Part shown: piece by piece, positions 38,791-46,918 of the stretch
Numbering within the stretch: the first letter of the stretch is position 1
Layout: the number at the start of each line of letters is the position of its first letter
From: an uncultured Bacteroidota bacterium
Lineage (GTDB): Bacteria > Bacteroidota > Bacteroidia > 2-12-FULL-35-15
DNA: 64,000 bases
NCBI GenBank assembly: GCA_903926385.1
Contig: CAIYIS010000045.1
Location: 173,569-237,568, forward strand
Direction of reading: 5' to 3'
Made by a program: the position numbers and the translations under genes
The notes under the pieces: generated by a model
Told to the model about the DNA's origin: nothing
Databases searched by the model: none
Seen by the model: only the letters and a program-made list of their open reading frames with translations

Positions 38791-41700
38791 GAATTACCAG
38801 TTATTTCATTTATTCCGGCACCCGACACATGAATGGTAAGAGAATCATCGGTTGTATTAAATATTATTGGCACACCAGCCGAATCATTAGCCACATAATT
38901 TGAAAAATATATATGTAAAACAGAAGTAGATGATATAGCAGCATTGGTCTGAAATTTAAAGTCAGCGATTTTACCAAAACCGCTTGCATTAGTATGATTA
39001 ATTCGCGAAATTCCGGCATACCCAGTATTTACCAGAGCATCTACTTTTGATATTTTTATTGCATCAATACCTGGAGTACCCAGCCAACTGGGAGGATAGC
39101 TAATACTTTCTGTACCTGCCTGAACTAATGTGGCCGTGTAATTTATATTAAATGATAACCCATACAAATTGCTAATTGGTTTTATGGAACTTCCCGCCCA
39201 AACCTCAACGGCCACAGTATCTCCCGGGCTATAAGAAGTGTTGTTTGTTACAAAATATAAATCCGGGCTTGTAAGCCTGAAATCATTATTAACAGGAGCA
39301 ATGGCATGTATCAAATTAAAATTAAGATTAATTGCAAGTGTGTCATTATTGTCAATTATACCATCACCATTACAATCTCCATGTTTTATATCTGAACTAT
39401 TTATTTCAGAAATATTCCAGTTTGCAGCAGAATCCGCTTGCCATAGATTGCCCGTTACTGAGCGAACCAATCCTGTTTGTCCATAAAACAAACCAATTGT
39501 CAAAATATCATTATTGTTTACAACAGAATCGTTATTGGCATCTCCTGGCCAAACATCACTATAGTTGCTGAAGTTAAAGCACAAACTCGTATCTAGGCAT
39601 CCTAAATGATTTACAATAACCGAATAACTTCCTGCCGATAAAGGGTAAAATGCACTATTTGTTTCTCCCTGAATAGTATCCTGCGAAAGATTGCAATCCA
39701 ACCATTGATAAGTAGAAGATAATGCATTAGAAAAAAGATTGTTTTCAGAAATAGCAACAGAAATATCCGGGGCATTAACAGAAAGATTAATTTTTAAAAT
39801 ACTATCGCAACCGGATACATTTGTTAAGATTTGTGTATAAACGCCACTAGAAGTATAAGTCTGTCCATTCAATGAAAAACTATCACAAACAATTGGCGCA
39901 ATAGAGTCTTCGGTGTAAAGCAAAGTTAGATGAAACGTGAGCACACTGTCACAACCTGATGCATTAACTAATGTTTGAATATAATTACCACTTACAGTAT
40001 AGAGCTGACTATTCAACAAAAAACTGTCGCATACAGCATATGACCATATCTGATAATTAGAATGATGAATAGTTAGGTTAAAAGTATAAGTGCTATCACA
40101 TCCCAAACTATTCAAAAAGTATTGAGAATAAGTGCCATTGGACAAATAGTTTTGTCCGTTGAGTGTAAAAGTATCACAGGCCACCAGACTAACCGTATCA
40201 TAAGAACGATAATTAACTGTAAGGTTAACAGTCAGTATACTGTCGCAACCAAATACATTAGGTATTGTTTGAACATACACCCCAGACGAGTTATAAGTAT
40301 GTTGATTTAGAACCAAACTATCACAGGCCGTTAAAGTAATTGAGCCTGATGATGGATGTGCAATAAAAAGATTGAAAATAAAGGTACTGTCGCATCCTCT
40401 GAAATTTGTGAGTAATTGAGAATACACACCATTTGTATAATAGGTTTGTCCATTCGAAACTAAACTGTCGCAACCAATGACGTTAGCATAAACAGTATCA
40501 GGAATAACAAAAACGTGAATCGTTGTTCCAACAGAACAGCCTGATGTATCATAAATTACCGAAGTATAATTACCGGTTTGGGTAACTATAATACTTTGTC
40601 CCACGTAACCTGTACTCCAGTAATTGGGATTGGGTGAAGCGGAAGATAATATTACAGTATCACCGATGCAAACTACTGTTGATGGAAAGGCGGTAATTAT
40701 TGGAGGGGTATCACCACACGTTAATTTTATGGCGCAAAAATCACCTCCAACAATGCCAGGAGCGCTACCAACAACAAAGTAGCCTCCGTCCGAGACTTGT
40801 TGAATGAATGAAGCGCTTTCAAGACCTCCGCCCCCAATAGACTTTTGCCACTGTTTTACTCCCGATGTATCCAGTTTTACAATCCAAAAATCTTCATTTC
40901 CATAATTCCAAGTAATATCACCATCATTAGAAAAGGTTTCACCTGCAACAATATAGCCTCCCTCTGAAGTTTGTCGGATACAATTGGCTCGGTCAGAGCT
41001 CGTGCCTCCTAATGATTTTTGCCATTGTAATGTTCCTGAAGTATCAAGTTTTACAACCCAGTAGTCATAATAAGGTGGGTTGGTTCCTCCATGATTAAAA
41101 GTAACATCTCCATCATTTGAGGTAGTGTATCCGGCAACTATAAATCCTCCATCAAAAGTTTGTTGAATGGAATTTGCTTGATCACCATTAGAACCTCCTA
41201 ATGATTTTTGCCATTGTAGAATTCCCGATGGATTTAATTTAACAATCCAAAAATCACTTCCACCATGATTTCCTGTTACATCTCCATCCGTTGAACTTGC
41301 GCTTCCAGCAACGATATACCCCCCATCTGAAGTTTGGTAAACCGAATTTACCATTTCACCACCAGAGCCTCCCAAACATTTTTGCCATTGGATTAGCCCT
41401 GAAATATCCAGTTTTAAAACCCAGCCATCTATATATTGTGTGCCATGATGACCTATAACATCACCGTCAAAAGAAGAAGTCCGACCACCAACTATATATC
41501 CTCCATCAGAAGTTTGTTGTATTGAAGACGCATTATCAATTTGTGTACCTCCATAAGATTTTTGCCATTGAGTATTTCCAGTAGAATCTATTTTAATAAT
41601 CCAAAAATCCTCATTTCCATTATTAGTTGTTAAATCACCATCATTAGAGCTGGAATAACCTGCAATGATAAAACCTCCATCACTCGTTTGTTGAACCGAG

Positions 41701-41990
41701 TTTGCACCATCTCCATTTGAACCGCCATATAATTTTTGCCATTGAATGTCGCCAGATGCATTAGTCTTGACTACCGCCAAATCATACCCCCCATGGTAAC
41801 TACCAAAATCAAAATCTTGTGAATTTGATATACCAACTATGATATACCCTCCATCAAATGTTTGGTGTGCAGAATTGGGAACATCACTATTCAAGCCTCC
41901 ATAATAATTATGCCATTGCGCACTTGGCTGTGCATTCGCAAATAAAGCAAAAACAATAATTGCAACAAACGATAAGATAGTTTTTTTCAT
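38556..41990 (-). CDS. Large multidomain T9SS-secreted surface protein (N-terminal roughly 45-aa repeats, GCDS..NLT repeat modules, dockerin-like Ca-binding repeats, type-A CTD)
   Basis: 1144 aa with a signal peptide and about 8 copies of ...GDV.W(Q)KS.GG..D.ANS..QT.DGG(Y/F)I.AG. There are about 7 copies of a GCDS-containing module. The dockerin-like repeats are GDANNDSVVNNNDIL and GDCNGDGIIDNNDTL. Confidence 0.75.
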   Translation of the reverse strand: MKKTILSFVAIIVFALFANAQPSAQWHNYYGGLNSDVPNSAHQTFDGGYIIVGISNSQDFDFGSYHGGYDLAVVKTNASGDIQWQKLYGGSNGDGANSVQQTSDGGFIIAGYSSSNDGDLTTNNGNEDFWIIKIDSTGNTQWQKSYGGTQIDNASSIQQTSDGGYIVGGRTSSFDGDVIGHHGTQYIDGWVLKLDISGLIQWQKCLGGSGGEMVNSVYQTSDGGYIVAGSASSTDGDVTGNHGGSDFWIVKLNPSGILQWQKSLGGSNGDQANSIQQTFDGGFIVAGYTTSNDGDVTFNHGGTNPPYYDYWVVKLDTSGTLQWQKSLGGTSSDRANCIRQTSEGGYIVAGETFSNDGDITWNYGNEDFWIVKLDTSGVKQWQKSIGGGGLESASFIQQVSDGGYFVVGSAPGIVGGDFCAIKLTCGDTPPIITAFPSTVVCIGDTVILSSASPNPNYWSTGYVGQSIIVTQTGNYTSVIYDTSGCSVGTTIHVFVIPDTVYANVIGCDSLVSNGQTYYTNGVYSQLLTNFRGCDSTFIFNLFIAHPSSGSITLTACDSLVLNQHTYNSSGVYVQTIPNVFGCDSILTVNLTVNYRSYDTVSLVACDTFTLNGQNYLSNGTYSQYFLNSLGCDSTYTFNLTIHHSNYQIWSYAVCDSFLLNSQLYTVSGNYIQTLVNASGCDSVLTFHLTLLYTEDSIAPIVCDSFSLNGQTYTSSGVYTQILTNVSGCDSILKINLSVNAPDISVAISENNLFSNALSSTYQWLDCNLSQDTIQGETNSAFYPLSAGSYSVIVNHLGCLDTSLCFNFSNYSDVWPGDANNDSVVNNNDILTIGLFYGQTGLVRSVTGNLWQADSAANWNISEINSSDIKHGDCNGDGIIDNNDTLAINLNFNLIHAIAPVNNDFRLTSPDLYFVTNNTSYSPGDTVAVEVWAGSSIKPISNLYGLSFNINYTATLVQAGTESISYPPSWLGTPGIDAIKISKVDALVNTGYAGISRINHTNASGFGKIADFKFQTNAAISSTSVLHIYFSNYVANDSAGVPIIFNTTDDSLTIHVSGAGINEITGNSSISISPNPFTSATTITFSEEQKNTTVKITDVLGKEIKTVNVMGKQCVIEKGEMRAGVYLVRIMDEKRNVVNRKMVVE

Positions 41991-42140
41991 ATTATATATT
42001 TTTCAAGCCGTAAACGCAAGCGTCTCTAGCTCGTGTTTATTATTCTGTAGCGTCCCGCCACAACACAATATTTTTTACATCACAAATATACCATAAATAT
42101 ACATCCAAAAACATTCCTCCCCCAACCTTCACCTTCTGGC

Positions 42141-42182
42141 CCCCCTTCTCCTTTTTCAAGGAGAGGGGCCGGGGGTGAGGTA
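42141..42182. repeat. C-rich hairpin element, copy 1
   Basis: ccccttctcc-tttttcaa-ggagagggg-ccgggggtgaggt. Confidence 0.6.
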
Positions 42183-42294
42183 AAAAAAATCCCACCCTTT
42201 TCAGAGCAGGACTTTTCCTCTATTCGTAAATTCGTACTATTCGTATTTCGTAAAGTTTTTCATTCTAAAATTCTACAAATCTAAAATTCTAAAA

Positions 42295-43203
42295 TTACAA
42301 CTTCACCATCACCGCATTCACCACCGTCATTTTCCCTTTCACTACCTTTATATTCTCCAATCTAAAAGGCTTATAACCCCCTCTAATCACATCAATAATA
42401 TAATTTCCCGTAATCATTTCATCCTCTCCAAAGTCCCTAATCCCTCTCGCACTGCTCTTTTTCATCTTACCCACCTCCTCACAACTCACCTCACAAACCG
42501 CCAACCTCACACCAGTCACACTATCCGTACAAATCACCCGCATCGCTATTTTCCTTGTTATATCTATTACTTCAAACGCATCATTTATCGCCACATAAAA
42601 AGCATTGTTAGTTCTCGCATACGGCACCATCAAATTAAACAACCCCTTCACATCCACACCCAATTTCTTAAACTCCGTCACAAGCCCTGCCGTTGCTGCC
42701 TTTCTATCCCCTATCGCTGCCCTCGGAGTTCCCGCCAGTCCCGCATAAAGCCCAATTGCACTTCCCAAAGCAGCCACAGCAGGCGCTGTTATCACATATC
42801 CTGCCGTTATCATATCAGTCAAATTCGTCCCTGCCCTTGCATTCACTATCACACTCCTGTCTTTTACCACACTCTGCGCCCCATATTCAAAATCCGTTTT
42901 CGTAAAATCTACCTCCCCCGCCAACACAGCATTATTCGTTGATGCCGCATAATCTTTCAACAGCACACAAATGTCCCAGGCCTTTCCGCCCATGTCATCA
43001 AAAGCACTCTTTTTTGCTGCCGCAAAACCAGTAATAGTTGTGCCCTGTTTCACCTCCAACACACCAATGTTTGTCAATCGTGTGTTCACTGCCGTCTGTT
43101 TCCCTATCAGCGGAGTATTCCCTGTATAGTCAGCCGAATGATTTGTCATTGCAAGGCTTCCACTCATAGCAGCCGCCTTTTGTTCAATTTGTTTTTTTGT
43201 CAT
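42295..43203 (-). CDS. Orphan hypothetical protein (302 aa) with GC-richer composition than its surroundings
   Basis: ATG start. Ala/Gly/Thr/Val-rich, with no signal peptide or TM segment. Flanked by repeat elements. No recognisable family from sequence alone. Confidence 0.5.
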   Translation of the reverse strand: MTKKQIEQKAAAMSGSLAMTNHSADYTGNTPLIGKQTAVNTRLTNIGVLEVKQGTTITGFAAAKKSAFDDMGGKAWDICVLLKDYAASTNNAVLAGEVDFTKTDFEYGAQSVVKDRSVIVNARAGTNLTDMITAGYVITAPAVAALGSAIGLYAGLAGTPRAAIGDRKAATAGLVTEFKKLGVDVKGLFNLMVPYARTNNAFYVAINDAFEVIDITRKIAMRVICTDSVTGVRLAVCEVSCEEVGKMKKSSARGIRDFGEDEMITGNYIIDVIRGGYKPFRLENIKVVKGKMTVVNAVMVKL

Positions 43204-43385
43204 AATTCTTAAATTTTAGATGTCAATTAATACTCAAGTTTATTTCGACCGCTAAATTATAAAAAAATAATATTTCCATTATTCACTTTCCCCATATTTT
43301 TTTTTCAACCATTCTCACCTTCTCTCTAGTCTCACTTGTCCCTCCCGTCCCTCAAGTCTCAAAAATTTCCCAAAACCATCACCCA

Positions 43386-43440
43386 ATAGCCCCCCTCTCC
43401 TTTTTTTAAGAGGGCAAACAGCCAGTGGCTGTTTGAGCCA
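43386..43440. repeat. C-rich hairpin element variant plus a perfect 9-bp-stem hairpin
   Basis: cccctctcc-ttttttta-agaggg, then caaacagcc-agt-ggctgtttg. Confidence 0.5.
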
Positions 43441-43520
43441 GTATGTGCGTAAGCAAGGGGTGAGGTGTCACCCACATGTCCCTCCCGTCCCTCATGTCCT
43501 TAAAATTTTTCCCAACCGTC

Positions 43521-43562
43521 ACGTTTCTCCCCCTCTCCTTCGGAGAGGGGTCGGGGGTGAGG
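43521..43562. repeat. C-rich hairpin element, copy 2 (direct repeat of 42141-42182)
   Basis: cccctctcc-ttcg-gagagggg-tcgggggtgaggt. Confidence 0.6.
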
Positions 43563-43585
43563 TCTCTACTTCAACTTACTTTAAG

Positions 43586-43774
43586 CCTACGGCAAAAAAC
43601 TTTACGACTACGACAAGAAACTTTGGGCGTACGACACAAAACTTTAAGCCTACGGCAAAAAACTTTAAGCGTACGACACAAAACTTTACGACTACGACAA
43701 GAAACTTTACGACTACGACACAAAACTTTAAGCGTACGACACAAAACTTTACGACTACGACAAGAAACTTTGGA
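43586..43774. repeat. Perfect-phase 21-bp tandem repeat array, 9 copies
   Basis: Units [ac][cg]tacg[ag]ca[ac][ag]aaactttNNg. Examples: cctacggcaaaaaactttacg, actacgacaagaaactttggg, cgtacgacacaaaactttaag. Confidence 0.85.
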
Positions 43775-44171
43775 CGTCTTTTTTCGGACTTTCTCCCTAC
43801 TCCGTCAATTTATTTTACCACTCCGTCCAAACCAATTCGCCCTTTATCGCCATTTTCTCCTAATCTCCCTTTCCTCAACCTCAAATCCCCAATCATCCAC
43901 CCCCATTCATAATTTATAATTCATAATTTATAATTTCCCTCCCCTTCCCCTATTTTCACCCCGACCTTGTCGAAGCGCGTTTTTCCCAAAACCAACCAAT
44001 CACCAATCAATGCCCACCAAACCAATTAACAAAATTCTTTCCTCGTTACTTAATTTAAGCACCAAAGAAAAACCAGTCGATAATTTGCAAAATATCATAT
44101 TGTCATTTGCCTATTTATTTTACTTTTGCCATCCGTAAACTCAGATTTATTAAACATTAATTCAAAAAAAC

Positions 44172-45671
44172 ATGAAAAAACTATTACTAACTACTACCAT
44201 TATTCTCTCAGCAGGAGTTACTCTACTTGCTCAAAATTCAGGATTGAACATACATAGAATACCCGGTACATTACCTGCACCCGAATTAAATCGTGCTCCT
44301 CAGGCAAAAAACATAGCCTGTGCAAACGATACCATTTTGTACACAGTATTGAAAGAAGCCTATCTAGGAACTAGTTCTTACGGAGGTATTCCTTTGTATA
44401 TCGGAGGTATTACGGAGTATTCGCAAGCATTTACCAATACCACTTCGCTTACTGTAAAAGGTATTTCGTTTTACGGAGGAGTGGTTGATGCCATGAATCC
44501 TAACCAAACGGTTACGGCTACAGCCACCTTATATAATGTGGATGCCAATAATATGCCAACCACAGTAATTGCTACCAGACTCATTTCGATGGACACTTCG
44601 TTTAAATACAGAACAGCAATGTTCACAATTCCTCAAACTGTTACCGGAAATTATGCAGTGGCCATTAACAATACTAGCCCCACCGATACATTGGTTATTT
44701 TCTCGAACAATGCAGCTGTAGGAACGTATGACGAAAATTTATCGTATCTTAATGTAGCCCTGCTTGGCGGATGGAACACCTCTTCCGGTTTGTGGGCAAC
44801 TATTGGTTATACCAATAATGAGGCCTATGAAGCCATCATTGCTCCTGTTATTTCATACAGTATTGCTACCGATTTTACTGTAACCACATCGCCCGTGTGT
44901 TTGGGTCAGTCCATAGCATTAACCAATAATACTTCTCCTGCCGGAATAGTCGAAAATTATATGTACACATTTAATGGTTTTGCTTCACACTGGGGTCTTG
45001 TTGGCTCCGACTCCACTTATGCCTGGGTAATGGGCGATGGGACTCCGTTGCAATGGACTCATGATGTAGCTTCTTATACCTATGCTGCTGCCGGTTTGGA
45101 TACAGTTACATTAGTTACCATTGGTGGGTTGATACATGGTTGTATCGACACCAAACAAGTACAGGTTACTGTTTTGGGCACTGCTGCTGCTGTTTATACC
45201 TACGATGCTACTAACGCACCTACAGTTGTATTTACTAATACTTCAACCAATGCCACTTCTTATTCATGGGATTTTGGTGATGGGTCGCCTATAGACAATT
45301 CTCCAAACCCTACCCATACTTATACTTCAAACGGAAACTTTACAGTGGTATTAACTGCAACTAATAGTTGCAATTCGAGTTTGAATACGCAAACAGTTAC
45401 CATTTCTACTGTGGGTATTGCCAACAATTCATTAGGTTCGGTAAGTGTGTTTCCTAATCCATCTTCAACAGGAATGTTCGAAATCAACACAAAAATAAAT
45501 GAAAATTCACAATTGGAAGTGTACAATTTAATTGGCAAATTATTAATGAAAAAAGACATCACGTCAAGTAAATCTGTAATTGATTTGTCGGGTTTTGGAA
45601 TGGGAACCTATACATTAAAAGTTATTACCGAACAAGGTATTTTGATTCGTAAATTAGTTGTTACAAAATAA
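44172..45671 (+). CDS. PKD-domain protein with a T9SS type-A C-terminal sorting domain
   Basis: Signal peptide; PKD motif WDFGDGSPIDNSPNPTHTYTSNGNFTV; C-terminal VFPNPSSTGMF...GTYTLKV CTD. Confidence 0.8.
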   Translation: MKKLLLTTTIILSAGVTLLAQNSGLNIHRIPGTLPAPELNRAPQAKNIACANDTILYTVLKEAYLGTSSYGGIPLYIGGITEYSQAFTNTTSLTVKGISFYGGVVDAMNPNQTVTATATLYNVDANNMPTTVIATRLISMDTSFKYRTAMFTIPQTVTGNYAVAINNTSPTDTLVIFSNNAAVGTYDENLSYLNVALLGGWNTSSGLWATIGYTNNEAYEAIIAPVISYSIATDFTVTTSPVCLGQSIALTNNTSPAGIVENYMYTFNGFASHWGLVGSDSTYAWVMGDGTPLQWTHDVASYTYAAAGLDTVTLVTIGGLIHGCIDTKQVQVTVLGTAAAVYTYDATNAPTVVFTNTSTNATSYSWDFGDGSPIDNSPNPTHTYTSNGNFTVVLTATNSCNSSLNTQTVTISTVGIANNSLGSVSVFPNPSSTGMFEINTKINENSQLEVYNLIGKLLMKKDITSSKSVIDLSGFGMGTYTLKVITEQGILIRKLVVTK

Positions 45672-45691
45672 AACGCTATCTTATTTTAAGC

Positions 45692-45726
45692 ACAAAAAAG
45701 CCCCGAACTTTCGGGGCTTTTTTATT
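45692..45726. terminator. Bidirectional rho-independent terminator
   Basis: aaaaaag-ccccgaa-ctt-tcggggc-ttttttatt. Confidence 0.8.
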
Positions 45727-45749
45727 GTTTTTCGTTTCTTGTAGTCAGG

Positions 45750-46727
45750 TTACCCCACTCTGAATCCTAGCTTTTCTCTCACACGGTTTAATGTGGCTTG
45801 TGCAATAACTCTTGCTTTTTCGGCACCAATAAGCAGTTTTGTGTCCAACTCGTTTCGGTTGGTCATGTAATACGAATAGGTTTCGCGGGGAGTTTTAAAT
45901 TTAGTAAGTATTACTTCCAGCAATGCATTTTTGGCATGTCCGTAACCATAACCACCTTTCAGGTAATTGGCTTTCATTTCGGCTATTTGTTGTTCATCTG
46001 CCAGCAGTTTGAACAAAGCAAAAACATTACAGGTGTCAGGGTTTTTAGGCGCTTCGAGCGGAGTGGCATCGGTAACAATGCTCATCACCACTTTTTTTAG
46101 TTCTTTTTCAGGAAGAAAAATATTGATAAAATTGTTTAACGACTTGCTCATCTTTTTTCCGTCAATACCCGGTACAAGCATAGTTTCTTCATTCACTTTT
46201 CCTTCGGGAATAACAAAACACTCGCCATACATATTATTGAATTTTTCGGCAATATCTCTGGTCATTTCCAAATGTTGCATCTGGTCTTTTCCTACCGGAA
46301 CATAATGTGCATCGTAAAGTATAATATCGGCAGCCATCAGCACCGGATAAGTAAATAAACCGGCATTAACATCGGCCAAACGTTCTGATTTATCTTTAAA
46401 CGAATGCGCATTTGCAAGCATCGGAAATGGAGTTAAACAATTCAAATACCAAGTAAGTTCGCATACTTCGGGCACATCGCTCTGACGATAAAAAATATTT
46501 TTATCCGTATCAAACCCAAAAGCAAGCCATGCAGCAGCCACCGAAGCAGTGCTTTCTTTTATAAATGCAGCATCCTTTATAGAAGTTAATGCATGCAAAT
46601 CTGCAATAAAAAAAAGAGAATCATTTCCTGCTTTTTTTGATAGTTCAATAGCCGGAATAATGGCTCCCAAAATATTCCCCAAGTGAGGAATATTGGTACT
46701 TTGTACTCCTGTGAGTATTCTTGACAT
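45750..46727 (-). CDS. trpS: Tryptophan--tRNA ligase
   Basis: HIGH-like IPHLGN and KMSKS. The preferred start is the ATG at 46727 (MSRILTGVQ); the track ORF extends to 46760. Confidence 0.85.
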   Translation of the reverse strand: MSRILTGVQSTNIPHLGNILGAIIPAIELSKKAGNDSLFFIADLHALTSIKDAAFIKESTASVAAAWLAFGFDTDKNIFYRQSDVPEVCELTWYLNCLTPFPMLANAHSFKDKSERLADVNAGLFTYPVLMAADIILYDAHYVPVGKDQMQHLEMTRDIAEKFNNMYGECFVIPEGKVNEETMLVPGIDGKKMSKSLNNFINIFLPEKELKKVVMSIVTDATPLEAPKNPDTCNVFALFKLLADEQQIAEMKANYLKGGYGYGHAKNALLEVILTKFKTPRETYSYYMTNRNELDTKLLIGAEKARVIAQATLNRVREKLGFRVG

Positions 46728-46918
46728 AATGGTTAAACCTTTTACTTTTTTTCGATTCAAAGATAGGATTTATTTAAACGAACGAAGTAAGGAAAAATAA
46801 AAAATGGCAATCTGTTTTGGCTTCTGATTAATTTTGCGATAAAAAATAAACAGTTGTAATGTATCTGTGTTAATTAAATTGAGTAATTTAGCAGTCCGAT
46901 TCAAGGGCATATTAATAA

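Noticed and set aside
43586-43774. Possible CRISPR array
   Set aside because: The repeats are contiguous with no unique spacers, and there are no cas genes in the window, so it is a simple tandem repeat.
43433-43919. Two overlapping plus-strand ORFs translated through the 21-bp tandem array (KPTAKNFTTTTRNF... repeats)
   Set aside because: The reading frames exist only because the 21-bp period is a multiple of 3. Both frames are open, and the start contexts sit inside C-rich repeats, so this is considered a non-coding repeat.
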